64,000 nt of DNA from Aquabacterium sp. (GTDB taxonomy: Bacteria > Pseudomonadota > Gammaproteobacteria > Burkholderiales > Burkholderiaceae_C), in contig JAKLLB010000005.1 of the NCBI GenBank assembly GCA_023150345.1, positions 28,570 through 92,569 of the forward strand. The letters are read 5' to 3'. Under the pieces are notes generated by a model. The model saw only the letters and a program-made list of their open reading frames with translations, had not been told where the DNA came from and ran no database searches. Each line of letters begins with the position of its first letter. Position 1 is the first letter of the stretch. A program made the translations under genes and the position numbers. Shown here one piece after another: positions 1 through 10,721 of the stretch.

Positions 1-2
1 CC

Positions 3-1886
3 GGCCGCTGCGAGATCGTCGTGCCCGCGCGCGTGTACCTGCCGCGCACCCTGGCGATCGACGAGCTCCAGGCGGCGTACTCCGGCACCGCGTTGGTGGC
101 CGCGCCACGGGGCGCGCAGGCGGCCCACACCCGTGTCGACGATGCGCCGCTGACCGACCCCGGGCGCCACTGGCTGTGGGGCACCGTGCGCCGCTTCGCC
201 CCGTACTACCGCTCGGCCCTGCTGGCGGCGTTGATCAGCAACGTGCTGATGCTGGTCACCGGCATCGTTACCTCCGTGGTCTACGACAAGGTCATCCCCA
301 ACGAGGCGATGGTCACCATGTGGGCGTTGGCCGCTGCCGGTGCACTGGCACTGGTATTCGACATGGTGGCTCGGCAGTTGCGCGCGGTGCTGATCGACCG
401 CGCCGGCCGCAAGACCGACCTGCTGGTGGGCGCGGCATTGTTCCGCCAGAGCCTGGCGGTGCGCATGGAGCACCGGCCGGACTCGTCGGGCGCCTACGCC
501 CACATCCTCGGCCAGATCGAGATGGTGCGCGAGTTCTTCTCGTCGGCCACGCTGTCGGCCATCTCCGACCTGCCGTTCATCTTCGTCTTCGTCGCGGTCA
601 CCTTCCTCATCGGCGGGCCGCTGGGCTGGGTGCTGGTGGTGGCGATCCCGCTGATGCTGGGTGTTTCCGTCGTGGTCCAGGGCGCGCTGCGCCGGATGAT
701 GACCGCCAACATGCAGCAGCTGGCCGACCTGCACGGCGTGCTGGTCGAGGCCGTCGATGGCATGGAGGATCTCAAGGCCGCCGGCGCTCAGGGCCGCTTC
801 ATCGAACGCTATGAAACCACTACGGCGGCCGCCGCGGAAACGGCGATGCGCTCGCGCCAGGTGTCGAGCTGGACGATCAACCTGTCGGCCATCTCGCAGC
901 AGGCCATCACTCTGGTGATGCTGCTGTGGGGGGTGCACTTGATCCAGGAGCGCGTCATCACCGGCGGCATGCTGATCGGCGCGGTGATGTTCGCCGGCCG
1001 CGCCATCGCGCCGCTGACCAGCGTCGTGATGCTGGCCACCCGATTCCAGAGCGCGATGGCGGCCTTGCGCGCACTGGACAAGGTGATGAACCAGCCGACC
1101 GAGCGTGACCCCACGCGCGACTACCTGCCGATGCGGGGCTTCGAGGCGCGGCTCGCGCTGCACGATGTGCGCTTTGCCTACCCGGACGTGCTGGGCATGC
1201 CTGGCCCGGAAGTGCTCAGGGGCGTGAACCTGCGTCTGGGTCCGGGCGAGCGCGTGGCCATCCTGGGTCGCATCGGCAGCGGCAAGTCGACGATCCTGCG
1301 CCTGCTGGCCGGTCTTTATGAGCCCACTGCAGGGCAAGTGGAGGCCGACGGCGTGGACCTGAGGCAGTTCGATCCGGCGGACTACCGCGCGCGGGTGGGC
1401 TTTGTGGCGCAAGATCCCCGCTTGTTCAACGGCACGCTGCGCGACAACGTGCTGCTCGACCGTCCGGCGGCCGATCCTGCGGCATTGGCCGAGGTGGCGC
1501 AACTCACCGGACTGCAGCGGCTCGTGGCGACGCACCCGATGGGGTGGGAACTCCCGGTGGGGCAATCGGGGTGCCTGTTGTCGGGTGGCCAGCGGCAGCT
1601 CGTGGCACTGGCGCGCTGCCTGGTGACCCGGCCGCGCATCCTGTTGATGGACGAGCCCACCAGCTCGATGGATGCGCAGTCCGAGGCCCAGTTCCTGAAG
1701 CAACTGGCGGGCGCGACGGGCGATTGCACGCTGGTGATGGTGACCCATCGTCCCGCGGTGCTGGAGCTGGTGCACCGTGTGATCGTCGTCGACGCCGGAC
1801 GCGTGGTGATGGACGGCCCGAAGGCGCAGGTGCTGGCCGCACTGTCGGGCGCCCGGACACCGGGTGCGCCGGAGGCTGCTCGATGA
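3..1886 (+). CDS. Type I secretion system permease/ATPase (LapB/LssB-like), 5' end outside window
   Basis: Frame open from position 3; multiple TM segments, Walker A GRIGSGKS, signature LSGGQRQ, Walker B LLMDEPT; followed by HlyD-type and TolC-type genes. Confidence 0.93.
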   Translation, partial: GRCEIVVPARVYLPRTLAIDELQAAYSGTALVAAPRGAQAAHTRVDDAPLTDPGRHWLWGTVRRFAPYYRSALLAALISNVLMLVTGIVTSVVYDKVIPNEAMVTMWALAAAGALALVFDMVARQLRAVLIDRAGRKTDLLVGAALFRQSLAVRMEHRPDSSGAYAHILGQIEMVREFFSSATLSAISDLPFIFVFVAVTFLIGGPLGWVLVVAIPLMLGVSVVVQGALRRMMTANMQQLADLHGVLVEAVDGMEDLKAAGAQGRFIERYETTTAAAAETAMRSRQVSSWTINLSAISQQAITLVMLLWGVHLIQERVITGGMLIGAVMFAGRAIAPLTSVVMLATRFQSAMAALRALDKVMNQPTERDPTRDYLPMRGFEARLALHDVRFAYPDVLGMPGPEVLRGVNLRLGPGERVAILGRIGSGKSTILRLLAGLYEPTAGQVEADGVDLRQFDPADYRARVGFVAQDPRLFNGTLRDNVLLDRPAADPAALAEVAQLTGLQRLVATHPMGWELPVGQSGCLLSGGQRQLVALARCLVTRPRILLMDEPTSSMDAQSEAQFLKQLAGATGDCTLVMVTHRPAVLELVHRVIVVDAGRVVMDGPKAQVLAALSGARTPGAPEAAR

Positions 1887-3136
1887 GCCAGGGCTGGATC
1901 ACGACCTGGAACACCCGTCGCACCCAGGGCGGGCTGCGCGACGACGACCTGCCGTATGTCTCGGCGCTGCGCGCCGCGCAGGTCCCGGAGTCGATGCGAG
2001 CGGCACATGCCTCGATCTACCTGATGCTGGTGGCCATCGCATGTGCCGCGGCCTGGGCCATGCTCGCACGAGTGGACATCATCACCCGCGCCGATGCCCG
2101 GGTGGTGGCCGAGGGCCGTGAGCAGGTGATTGCCAGCCTCGAGGGCGGAATCCTGAGGGAGTTGCTCGTGCGCGAGGGGCAGCAGGTCAAGGCAGGCCAG
2201 GACCTGGCGATGCTGGACCCGACCCGCCTGGAGGCGCAGCAGAACGAAGGCGAGGTCAAGCGGCAGGCGCTGCGTGCCGCGATGGCACGTGCGCAGGCTG
2301 AGGCCACCGGGCAAGCGCTGCAGTTCCCAGGCGAGTTGCGAGCGGCGCGTGCCGCCGTGGCCGCGGAGACGGCGTCCTACCGCACACGCCAGCAGGCGCT
2401 CGCTGAAGCCCAGGCGGCCGGCCGGCGCAACCTCGCGCTGCTCGAGAGGGAACTGGGCGTCGCAGAGACCATGTCGGCGCAGGGCCTGATGAGCGAAGTC
2501 GAGGTGATGCGCGTGCGGCGGCAGGTCAACGACCTGCAGATGGCGATGCAGGAGCGGGTCAATCGCTATCGCCAGGATGCAGCGGCCGAGCTCGTTCGCC
2601 TGCAGACCGAACTGGGTCAACTGGGCGAACAGATGGTGGTTCGCGACGACGCGGTGCGGCGTGCCGTGCTCAAGTCGCCGGTCGATGGCATCGTGAAGGT
2701 CATCCGCGTCAACACCCTGGGCGGGGTGGTCAGTGCCGGGGCCGCCGTGATGGAGGTGGTGCCCATCGGCCCGAGCGTGCTGGTCGAGCTGCGGGTCAAG
2801 CCACGGGACATCGGATTCCTGCGCACCGGCCAGAAGGCCCGCGTCAAGCTCAGTGCCTATGACTTCACGTTGTACGGCAGCCTGCAGGGCGAGGTGGCGA
2901 TGATCAGCCCCGACGCGCTGGGGGATGCCGACAGGCAAGTTCCGGCCAACACCGATGCCACCTGGTATCGCGTGCTGGTGCGGGCAGAACGATCGACGCT
3001 GCAGGCACAGGGCCGGCCGTTGCCGGTACTGCCTGGCATGACCGGCACCGGCGAAGTGCAGGTCGGCGAGCGCTCGGTACTCAGTTACCTGCTGCAGCCC
3101 ATGACAAAGGCGCAGCAGGCGTTTCAGGAACGTTGA
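1883..3136 (+). CDS. HlyD-family T1SS periplasmic adaptor
   Basis: ATG 1883 overlaps upstream stop (ATGA); N-terminal TM, ASLEGGILRELLVREGQQV, coiled coil, C-terminal LPGMTGTGEVQVGERSVLSYLLQP. Confidence 0.93.
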   Translation: MSQGWITTWNTRRTQGGLRDDDLPYVSALRAAQVPESMRAAHASIYLMLVAIACAAAWAMLARVDIITRADARVVAEGREQVIASLEGGILRELLVREGQQVKAGQDLAMLDPTRLEAQQNEGEVKRQALRAAMARAQAEATGQALQFPGELRAARAAVAAETASYRTRQQALAEAQAAGRRNLALLERELGVAETMSAQGLMSEVEVMRVRRQVNDLQMAMQERVNRYRQDAAAELVRLQTELGQLGEQMVVRDDAVRRAVLKSPVDGIVKVIRVNTLGGVVSAGAAVMEVVPIGPSVLVELRVKPRDIGFLRTGQKARVKLSAYDFTLYGSLQGEVAMISPDALGDADRQVPANTDATWYRVLVRAERSTLQAQGRPLPVLPGMTGTGEVQVGERSVLSYLLQPMTKAQQAFQER

Positions 3137-3164
3137 CACAGCAGTACCCAAGCCCCAGGGAGGC

Positions 3165-5075
3165 ATGGCCATGACGCTGTTCGATGACACATCACTGCTG
3201 CTGCCGGCGCAACGCGCGCGTCGCATCGGCCAGGTCATGGCGGCCATCAGTGCTGCCATCGGCCTGGCCCTGCTGCCGCGGCTGTTGACCGGCACGTGGG
3301 GTGAAGTCGTGCCGATGATGGCGGCGACGCTCGCTGCTCAGGCGGTGGCTGCCTGGCTGCTGCGACGACGACGGCTGCAGGCGGCCGCTGGCCTGATGCT
3401 GGGTTCGCTGATGGTGATGCTGGGCTACTTCATCGTCCGCGGCCAGGGGCTGCGCGATGTGTCCATCATGGGCATACCGGCCATCCTTGCATTCGCGGCA
3501 CTGCTGGGCAACCGGCGCCTGTTCGTGTTTCTGCTGACGGCGGCGCTGACGGTGTGCCTGGGTGTCGGGCTTGCAAACGTGGTCGGCTGGCGCGTTCAAC
3601 GTCCGCCGGTGTACCGACCCACCGAGGTCATCGACGTGTGCGTGATCCTGCTGGCCACGGCGTTCGCCATCAACATGATGGCGCGCGACCTCGGCCGCTC
3701 GCTGCAGCGATTGGTGGCAGAGAACCGCACGGTGCGCGAGTCGCAGCAGCGCATCGCGCAGCTGGCCCGACGCGATGCGCTCACGGGGTTACCCAACCGC
3801 ATGGCAGCCCGCGAGCAGTTCGACAACGCGGTGCAAGCCGTTCGTGCGCAGGGTGGCCGATTGGCGCTGCTGTACGTCGACCTGGACCAGTTCAAGACCG
3901 TCAACGACTCGCTCGGGCATCCGGCCGGCGACGACCTGCTGCGCTGCATCGGGCAGCGGTTGATGTCGCTGCTGCAGCCCGACGACAGTGTGGCGCGCCT
4001 GGGCGGCGACGAGTTCCTGGTGCTGGTGCGACGTGGCGATGACTCCGATCGCGTGGCCGAAGTGGCGCAGGGCATGCTCGACGCCATCGCGGCGCCGATC
4101 GAGCTCGAAGGCATGGAGCTGCACGGCAGTGGCTCGATCGGCGTGGCGATATGCCCCGACGACGGCCAGGACTTCGACAGCCTGTTGAAGAAGGCCGACA
4201 TCGCGATGTACCGCGCCAAGGACGCCGGGCGCAACGCGTTCCGGTTCTTCGACGCACAGATGAACGCCCACGTGGCCGAGCATCTTCAGTTGGTGGCCTG
4301 GATCCGGCGCGCGCTCAAGCAGCAGCAGTTCGAGGTGTACTACCAGCCGCAGATCGACCTGGACAGCGGACGGGTGGTGGGGGCCGAAGCGCTGCTGCGC
4401 TGGCGCCACCCCGAGCAGGGCATGATCTCGCCGGCCCGCTTCATCCCGGTGGCCGAGCACTCGGGCCAGATCGTCGAACTCGGCGAGTGGGTGCTGCACC
4501 AGGCGTGCAGGCAGGCACAGGTCTGGCGCACGCAAGGGCTGGGCGATGTCGTCATCTCGGTGAACATGTCGCCGGTGCAAGCGCGCCGTGGCGACATGGA
4601 ACGCGCGGTCGACGATGCGTTGCAGGCCTCCGGCCTGCCGCCGGCGTTGCTGGAGCTGGAGCTCACCGAGTCGCTGCTGATCGACGAGACGGAGCAACTC
4701 ACGGCCATGCTCGCGCGCCTGCGCAGCCGCGGCATCACCTTCGCGATCGACGACTTCGGCACCGGCTACTCCAACCTGGCCTACCTGAAGCGTTTTGAGG
4801 TGGAACGACTGAAGATCGACCAGTCGTTCATCCGCCGGCTGACGGTCAACTCCGACGACGAGGCCATCGTCCAGGCCATCCTGCAGATGGCAGCAGCGTT
4901 GAAGTTGGGCGTGATCGCCGAAGGGGTGGAGGACGACGCCACGTTGCGGCGCTTGTTCGCGCTGGGTTGCCGGCAGGGGCAGGGCTATCACTGGTCGCCC
5001 GCGATTCCGGCCGCTCGATTCGAGGCGTTCGTGCGTGAGCGGCACGGCTTGCCCCAGGCGATGTGCCCGGCATGA
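3165..5075 (+). CDS. Membrane-bound diguanylate cyclase/phosphodiesterase (TM-GGDEF-EAL)
   Basis: About 5 TM helices; DALTGLPNR, DLDQFKTVNDSLGH, GGDEF, EALLRW, DDFGTGYSNL all intact. Confidence 0.93.
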   Translation: MAMTLFDDTSLLLPAQRARRIGQVMAAISAAIGLALLPRLLTGTWGEVVPMMAATLAAQAVAAWLLRRRRLQAAAGLMLGSLMVMLGYFIVRGQGLRDVSIMGIPAILAFAALLGNRRLFVFLLTAALTVCLGVGLANVVGWRVQRPPVYRPTEVIDVCVILLATAFAINMMARDLGRSLQRLVAENRTVRESQQRIAQLARRDALTGLPNRMAAREQFDNAVQAVRAQGGRLALLYVDLDQFKTVNDSLGHPAGDDLLRCIGQRLMSLLQPDDSVARLGGDEFLVLVRRGDDSDRVAEVAQGMLDAIAAPIELEGMELHGSGSIGVAICPDDGQDFDSLLKKADIAMYRAKDAGRNAFRFFDAQMNAHVAEHLQLVAWIRRALKQQQFEVYYQPQIDLDSGRVVGAEALLRWRHPEQGMISPARFIPVAEHSGQIVELGEWVLHQACRQAQVWRTQGLGDVVISVNMSPVQARRGDMERAVDDALQASGLPPALLELELTESLLIDETEQLTAMLARLRSRGITFAIDDFGTGYSNLAYLKRFEVERLKIDQSFIRRLTVNSDDEAIVQAILQMAAALKLGVIAEGVEDDATLRRLFALGCRQGQGYHWSPAIPAARFEAFVRERHGLPQAMCPA

Positions 5076-6460
5076 CGCTGCGGTCGCCTCCGCGTAGCTG
5101 CGCACGACGGGGCGCAGTGGCGGCCATCTGGCTCGCCGCCTTGCAGCTGCTGTTGGCACCCGGTGGCGCGATGGCCGCGGAGTCGTGCGCGCGCGCCCTG
5201 GCCGCACCGGCGGCGCTGCCCACCGGTGCCGAGCGCGTGCAGGCCCGTGAGCGGCTGCGCGACTGGGTCGGGCAGGCGGTGGCCCGCAGCGCCGCGGCCG
5301 ATGCCGCGCGCTGGCAGGCCGAGGCCGCGCAAGACGATCTCCGCGAGGCCCGGGCCGCACTCGGGCCGCAGGCCAGCCTGGGCGCCGCGCTCGGTCCGCA
5401 GGTGTCGCGGGCCGCAGGAAACACCGAAACCAGCGCCGCACAGTGGCGAGCGAGTCTGGGCGTGAGTCAGCTGTTGTACGACGGCGGTCGCGCCGATGCG
5501 CTCGTGCAGGCGCGTCGCCTGCAGGCCGACGCCGTGCGTCTGGGCTGGGTGAATCAGCAGGAGCAACTGGCACTGGGCACCGTGGCCGCGGCGCTCGAGT
5601 GGAGCCGCTACCGCTCGCTGCTGCAGGTGATGGACGACTATCAGCGCAGCGCCGCCTGTCTGACCGCCGCCATGGAGCAGGTGGTGGCCGCAGACCGCGG
5701 CCGCCTGAGCGAACTGGTGCAGGCGCGCAAGTCGCTGGCGCAGGTGCAGCTCACACGGCACCAGATCGAGGCTCAGGCGCGGCAATCGGAGCTGCGGCTG
5801 CGCCGCTGGGTGGGCGATGCCTCGCTCGACGATGCCGGCCTGCGCGCAGCGGTGGATGACGTGCCCGGCCTGCGGGCGTTGTGGGCCCAGCTCGAGCGAG
5901 CGCCCGAGGTTGCGCAGGCGCGTGCGCAGGCCGCGGCGGCCGAAGCCCAGGCCCGATCGGCTGCTGCATCGCTGCAGCCCCAGCTGAGCCTGAGCGCCGG
6001 ACTGACGCACAACGGCAATGCCGGCGGCAGCCTGCCCGGCAGCCATGGCGCCGCGGCGAATGTCACGCTGGCGTTGAGCGTGCCATTGTGGAGTCCGGGC
6101 AGCCATGCGGCGGCCGATGCGGCGCGCAAGCGTGCCCTGGCTGCCCGGCGCGCCGGCGACGATGTACTGGAGGTGCGCCGCCACCGGGTGACCGATCTGC
6201 ACGATCAGGCCCGCTCTGCGCTCGAGCGTGAGCAACTCACTGCCGCCGTGGTGCGCGACAGCGCGCAGCTGTACGGCTACACGCTGCAGCAATGGCAGCA
6301 ACTCGGCCGGCGTTCGCTGTTCGACGTCATGGCCGCCGAGAGCGACCACTTCGGCCTGCGCATCTCACAGGAAAACGCGCGTCACGACGCGCAGCAACTC
6401 AACGCAACCTTGCACTCGCTGGGCGCGGGCCTGCTGGATTGGCTGGCGCAGCCACGCTGA
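5072..6460 (+). CDS. TolC-family outer membrane protein
   Basis: ATGA overlap with upstream gene; signal-peptide-like N-terminus; SQLLYDGG and GRRSLFDVMAAE motifs; T1SS context. Confidence 0.85.
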   Translation: MTLRSPPRSCARRGAVAAIWLAALQLLLAPGGAMAAESCARALAAPAALPTGAERVQARERLRDWVGQAVARSAAADAARWQAEAAQDDLREARAALGPQASLGAALGPQVSRAAGNTETSAAQWRASLGVSQLLYDGGRADALVQARRLQADAVRLGWVNQQEQLALGTVAAALEWSRYRSLLQVMDDYQRSAACLTAAMEQVVAADRGRLSELVQARKSLAQVQLTRHQIEAQARQSELRLRRWVGDASLDDAGLRAAVDDVPGLRALWAQLERAPEVAQARAQAAAAEAQARSAAASLQPQLSLSAGLTHNGNAGGSLPGSHGAAANVTLALSVPLWSPGSHAAADAARKRALAARRAGDDVLEVRRHRVTDLHDQARSALEREQLTAAVVRDSAQLYGYTLQQWQQLGRRSLFDVMAAESDHFGLRISQENARHDAQQLNATLHSLGAGLLDWLAQPR

Positions 6461-6502
6461 GCACCGGCGGCGGCCTCGAGCCAAGCGGCCGCGCGGCCGG
6501 CG

Positions 6503-7381
6503 TCACGCATCGCCCGAGGGCGCACGCGCATAGGCAATCAGTTCGCGACCGAAGCCCAGGCGGGCCGCCGCGCGGGCGTAGTCGATGTAGTCAGGCAGGC
6601 TCTCCTCGATCAGGAAGCTCTCGACCATGACACGGCTGGCATGCGCGGCCTTGCCCAGCGTGCGATCGGCCCAGTAGTTCGAGCCGGGGTGCGTGAGGAA
6701 CAGCTCGATCGGGAAGTCGGCCTGCAGATCGAGCAACTCGTAGCGGCAGTCGGCGAGCACCGCGCGCAGGCTGTCGCGGTTGAAGTAGCTCAGGTGCTGG
6801 GGCGGGCAGAACCAGCTCTTGTGTGTCATGCCGCGCTCCAGCAGCAACTCCTGAAAACGCGAGTAGTCGTTGGGAACTCGGATGCGCAGTGCACCGCCCG
6901 CGGCGATCAAGGGCGCCAGGTTGTCCAGCAGCGCCAGCGGGTCGATCACGTGCTCGAGCACGTTCTGCAGGTTCAGCAAGCCCCACTGGCGTTGTTCGGT
7001 GGCGTAGCGCGCCAGCAGTTCGAGCGCATCGCCTTGGTCGAACAGCGAGGCGAGCTGCGGATTGAAGCGATCGATCCCGTGGCTGGAGTAGTCGCAGGCG
7101 TGAACCGTCCAGCCCAGCCGCTGCATCGATGCCGCGAACCAGCCCTCGCCGCAGCCCACGTCCAGCAGTGTGGTGGGCGTACCCAGCGCGCGGGCGCAGG
7201 CGTCGGCCACCCGGGCCAGGTTGTCGTAGTAGCGCAGCTCCTGGGGCGGATAGTCGGGTTGATAGGCGCCGTGGTGTTCCTGGAAATACTGGCGCGCGTA
7301 GAACTGCGCCAGCTCGTCGGGTTCGGGCAGCGGGTCTGCCTGGACGAAGCCCAGCGGGTGGCGGCGTTCGGTGTAGCTCAT
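6503..7381 (-). CDS. Class I SAM-dependent methyltransferase
   Basis: LLDVGCGEG, LQNVLEHVIDP, IRVPN motifs; start MSYTERR at 7381. Confidence 0.88.
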   Translation of the reverse strand: MSYTERRHPLGFVQADPLPEPDELAQFYARQYFQEHHGAYQPDYPPQELRYYDNLARVADACARALGTPTTLLDVGCGEGWFAASMQRLGWTVHACDYSSHGIDRFNPQLASLFDQGDALELLARYATEQRQWGLLNLQNVLEHVIDPLALLDNLAPLIAAGGALRIRVPNDYSRFQELLLERGMTHKSWFCPPQHLSYFNRDSLRAVLADCRYELLDLQADFPIELFLTHPGSNYWADRTLGKAAHASRVMVESFLIEESLPDYIDYARAAARLGFGRELIAYARAPSGDA

Positions 7382-7594
7382 GCGTTGAACCCTCCTGGCG
7401 GCGTGCCGCACCATGCACTGCGGCGGCGGCGCGGCAGCACGATGAGTGCGCGATTGTGCCGCTGCGGCGCGTGGCTTGGGGCCGCCACGCCACGGGCGCG
7501 GATGCCGTCCCGCATTGGCGCCACCGAAGCTGCAGCCAGCGCGTACAGTGCACGACCAGCGGCCACTTTCTGCCGCCCCGTCAAGCGGCCCGAC

Positions 7595-8470
7595 ATGAAG
7601 CGCTCGATACATCTGCTCGCCATCGACCCCCAGAACGACTTCTGCGACCTTCCCGAGAGCTGGTTGCCACCCGATCCACTTGCCGCCGCGGCCGGCGCGC
7701 GCGTCCGCCCGCAACTGCCGGTCGCCGGCGCGCATGCCGACATGCTGCGCCTGGCCGGGCTGATCGGCGAGGGTGCCGCCGGACTGTCGGACATCACCAT
7801 CACGCTCGACAGCCATGCCTACGTCGGCATCGAGCGCACCACCTTCTGGGCAGGCGCCGATGGCGGTGCGGTGGCCCCGTTCACGACCATCACCGCCGCG
7901 CAGGTGCGCCGAGGGGAGTACCGGCCGCGCGATGCGACCTGCACCGTTCGGGTGCTGGCGTACCTGGACACACTCGAGGCTCTGGGGCGCGATGTGCTCG
8001 TCGTCTGGCCCGTGCATTGTCAGGTCGGCACCTGGGGCCACGCGGTGCACGCTGCCGTTCGCGCCGCCTGCAATGCGTGGGAGGTTCGGCGCCAGGCCGG
8101 CGTCGGGCACGTGATCAAGGGCACCAATGCCTACACCGAGCATTACTCGCCCCTGCGCGCGGAAGTCACCGATCCGCACGACCCATCCACGGCTCTGAAC
8201 ACCGCGCTGATCGGCCAACTGGCGCGCGCCGACGTGGTGCTGGTGGCCGGCGAAGCCTCCAGCCACTGCGTGCGGCGAGGCGTGGAGGATCTGGCCGCCC
8301 ACTGGCCCGACGGCCACCTGGGGCGTTTGGTGCTGGTAGCCGACTGCATGAGCCCGGTCGGCGGCTTCGAGGCCGCGGCGCAGGCCTTCCTGGGTGACAT
8401 GCGCGACCGCGGCCTGCAGATCATCGACGCCGTGCAGGCCACGGCCCTCCTGCACGAGAACGCCCACTGA
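7595..8470 (+). CDS. pncA: Nicotinamidase/isochorismatase-family cysteine hydrolase
   Basis: IDPQNDF, DSH, WPVHC, KG and GEASSHCV (D-K-C triad); directly upstream of nadE. Confidence 0.75.
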   Translation: MKRSIHLLAIDPQNDFCDLPESWLPPDPLAAAAGARVRPQLPVAGAHADMLRLAGLIGEGAAGLSDITITLDSHAYVGIERTTFWAGADGGAVAPFTTITAAQVRRGEYRPRDATCTVRVLAYLDTLEALGRDVLVVWPVHCQVGTWGHAVHAAVRAACNAWEVRRQAGVGHVIKGTNAYTEHYSPLRAEVTDPHDPSTALNTALIGQLARADVVLVAGEASSHCVRRGVEDLAAHWPDGHLGRLVLVADCMSPVGGFEAAAQAFLGDMRDRGLQIIDAVQATALLHENAH

Positions 8471-8512
8471 TCATGCCGAGGCGATCTGCCGGCGAGCGAC
8501 TACGATAGCCCC

Positions 8513-10540
8513 ATGGTGCAGACGACCCAGTTCCACAACCTCTACTGCCACGGGTTTGTTCGGGTGGCCGTGTGCGTGCCCGAAGTGCGCATCGCGCAGC
8601 CGCAGCACAACGCGCAGGCCACGCTGGGGCTGTTGGCCCAGGCGGCCGGGCAGGGGGCGGCGCTGGCGCTGTTCCCGGAGCTTGGGTTGTCGGGCTACAC
8701 CTGCGACGATCTGTTCCACCAGCGTGCGTTGCTCGATGCCTGCGAGCAGGCGCTGGCCACCGTGATCGAGGGTTCACGCGGGCATGCGGTGCTGGCCGTG
8801 GTAGGCCTGCCGCTGCGCGTGCAGCAGCGGCTGTACAACTGCGCCGCAGTGGTGCACATGGGCCGCCTGCTCGGCGTGGTGCCCAAGAGTTACCTGCCCA
8901 ATTACGCCGAGTTCTACGAGGCCCGCCAGTTCAACGCTGCGGCCACCGCGTCGGCGCGCGAGATCACCCTGGCCGGGCAGACGGCTCCCTTTGGCCCCGA
9001 CCTGCTGTTCCAGGCCGGGGGCTGCCCCGACTTCACGCTGCATGTCGAGATCTGTGAGGACCTGTGGGTGCCTGTGCCGCCGTCGTCCTTCGCCGCGATG
9101 GCAGGTGCCACGGTGCTGGCCAACTTGTCGGCCAGCAACGTCACCATCGGCAAGGCCGAGTACCGGCGCACGCTGGTGGCCAGCCACTCGGCGCGTTGCG
9201 TGGCGGCCTACCTGTATGGATCGGCCGGCGAGGGCGAGTCGACCAACGATCTGGCCTGGGATGGCCACGCGCTGATCTGCGAGAACGGCGAGTGCCTGGC
9301 CGAGACCGAACGCTACGCGGGTGGCGCCCAGCTCATCACCGCCGACATCGACCTCGAGCGCCTGCAGCATGAGCGCATGCGCCAGGGCAGTTGGGGCCAG
9401 TGCGCGCAGGCCCACGCCGAGCGCGTGGCGGTGATGCGGCGCGTGGTGTTCGAACCGTGCTGGCCGCAGCGCGAGCCGTTGCCTCTGCAGCGATCGTTGG
9501 CGCGCTTTCCGTATGTGCCCAGCAACCCCGCGCAGCGCGACGCCCGCTGTGCCGAGGTCTTCCACATCCAGGTGCAGGCGCTGGTGCAGCGCCTGCGCGC
9601 CAGCGGCCAGCAACGGCTGGTCATCGGCATTTCCGGCGGGCTCGATTCCACCCATGCCCTGCTGGTGTGCGCGAGGGCCATGGACCGCATGGGCCTGCCG
9701 CGCAGCCGCATCCTGGGCGTGACCATGCCGGGGTTCGCCACCAGCGAGCGCACCCTGGGCCAGGCGCTGGCCCTGATGGCCGCTGTGGGCTGCGAGTCGC
9801 GAACCATCGACATCCGCCCCAGCTGCCTGCAGATGCTGCGTGACATCGGCCACCCGGCCGGGCAGGGCGAGGCGGTCTACGACGTCACTTACGAGAACGT
9901 GCAGGCCGGCGAGCGCACCAGCCACCTGTTCCGGCTGGCCAATCGGCACGGCGCGCTGGTGGTGGGCACCGGCGACCTGAGCGAGCTCGCCTTGGGCTGG
10001 TGCACCTACGGCGTGGGCGACCACATGTCGCACTACGGCGTGAACGCGAGCGTGCCCAAGACGCTGATGCAGTACCTGGTGCGCTGGGTGGCCGACCAGG
10101 GCACGCTGGGCGCCGAAGGCAGCCGCACGCTGCGCGCCATCCTCGACACCGAGATCAGCCCCGAACTCGTGCCCGGCCACGCCGGCGGCCAGCCGGCCCA
10201 GGCCAGCGAGGCCACGGTCGGCCCCTACGAGCTGCAGGACTTCCACCTCTACCAGGTGCTGCGCTACGGCCACCGCCCCTCCAAGGTGGCGTTCCTCGCC
10301 CACCACGCGTGGGGCAGCGGGCCAGACGCCCGCTACACGCTGGCCGAGATCAAGGCGCACCTGCGCACCTTCCTCGACCGCTTTTTCCGCACCAGCCAGT
10401 TCAAGCGCACCTGCGTGCCCAATGGCCCCAAGGTGGGCTCGGGCGGCTCGCTGTCGCCGCGCGGCGACTGGCGCGCCCCGAGCGATGCCGACTCTGCGCT
10501 GTGGCTGCGCGAACTCGAGGACGGTGTGCCCGATTCCTGA
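8513..10540 (+). CDS. nadE: Glutamine-dependent NAD+ synthetase
   Basis: Nitrilase domain ([25 protein letters not shown]) plus synthetase domain (ISGGLDS, GTGDLSE, FKR). Confidence 0.95.
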   Translation: MVQTTQFHNLYCHGFVRVAVCVPEVRIAQPQHNAQATLGLLAQAAGQGAALALFPELGLSGYTCDDLFHQRALLDACEQALATVIEGSRGHAVLAVVGLPLRVQQRLYNCAAVVHMGRLLGVVPKSYLPNYAEFYEARQFNAAATASAREITLAGQTAPFGPDLLFQAGGCPDFTLHVEICEDLWVPVPPSSFAAMAGATVLANLSASNVTIGKAEYRRTLVASHSARCVAAYLYGSAGEGESTNDLAWDGHALICENGECLAETERYAGGAQLITADIDLERLQHERMRQGSWGQCAQAHAERVAVMRRVVFEPCWPQREPLPLQRSLARFPYVPSNPAQRDARCAEVFHIQVQALVQRLRASGQQRLVIGISGGLDSTHALLVCARAMDRMGLPRSRILGVTMPGFATSERTLGQALALMAAVGCESRTIDIRPSCLQMLRDIGHPAGQGEAVYDVTYENVQAGERTSHLFRLANRHGALVVGTGDLSELALGWCTYGVGDHMSHYGVNASVPKTLMQYLVRWVADQGTLGAEGSRTLRAILDTEISPELVPGHAGGQPAQASEATVGPYELQDFHLYQVLRYGHRPSKVAFLAHHAWGSGPDARYTLAEIKAHLRTFLDRFFRTSQFKRTCVPNGPKVGSGGSLSPRGDWRAPSDADSALWLRELEDGVPDS

Positions 10541-10573
10541 ACTGGGCGAGGGTTCTCGGCACCAGCCGGACGA

Positions 10574-10609
10574 ATTTGAGCGGGAAAAGCGGGTGGTTTT
10601 CGGCTGATT
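10574..10609. promoter_or_regulatory. FlhDC-box-like element
   Basis: Minus strand reads CGCTTTTCCC-GCTCAAAT, similar to the flgB and flhA upstream motifs; no good -10 follows. Confidence 0.3.
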
Positions 10610-10721
10610 GGGCGTGGCCGTCGGGCGGTCTACTAGCGGGACACGAATCGTCCTGTCGTCATGACTGCGCCTGCGCTCCAACCACCGCCACGCCATGCGG
10701 CAGCCGCCGCGGAGGCCGCCC

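Noticed and set aside
1544-1882. Long N-terminal extensions in the ORF track (also 6641, 12134, 15937, 20193, 45976, 49881, 55983)
   Set aside because: They overlap neighbouring genes; internal ATGs with RBS or stop/start coupling fit family N-termini
3165-5075. LapD call
   Set aside because: Catalytic motifs are intact, no large periplasmic/HAMP region, no lapG nearby
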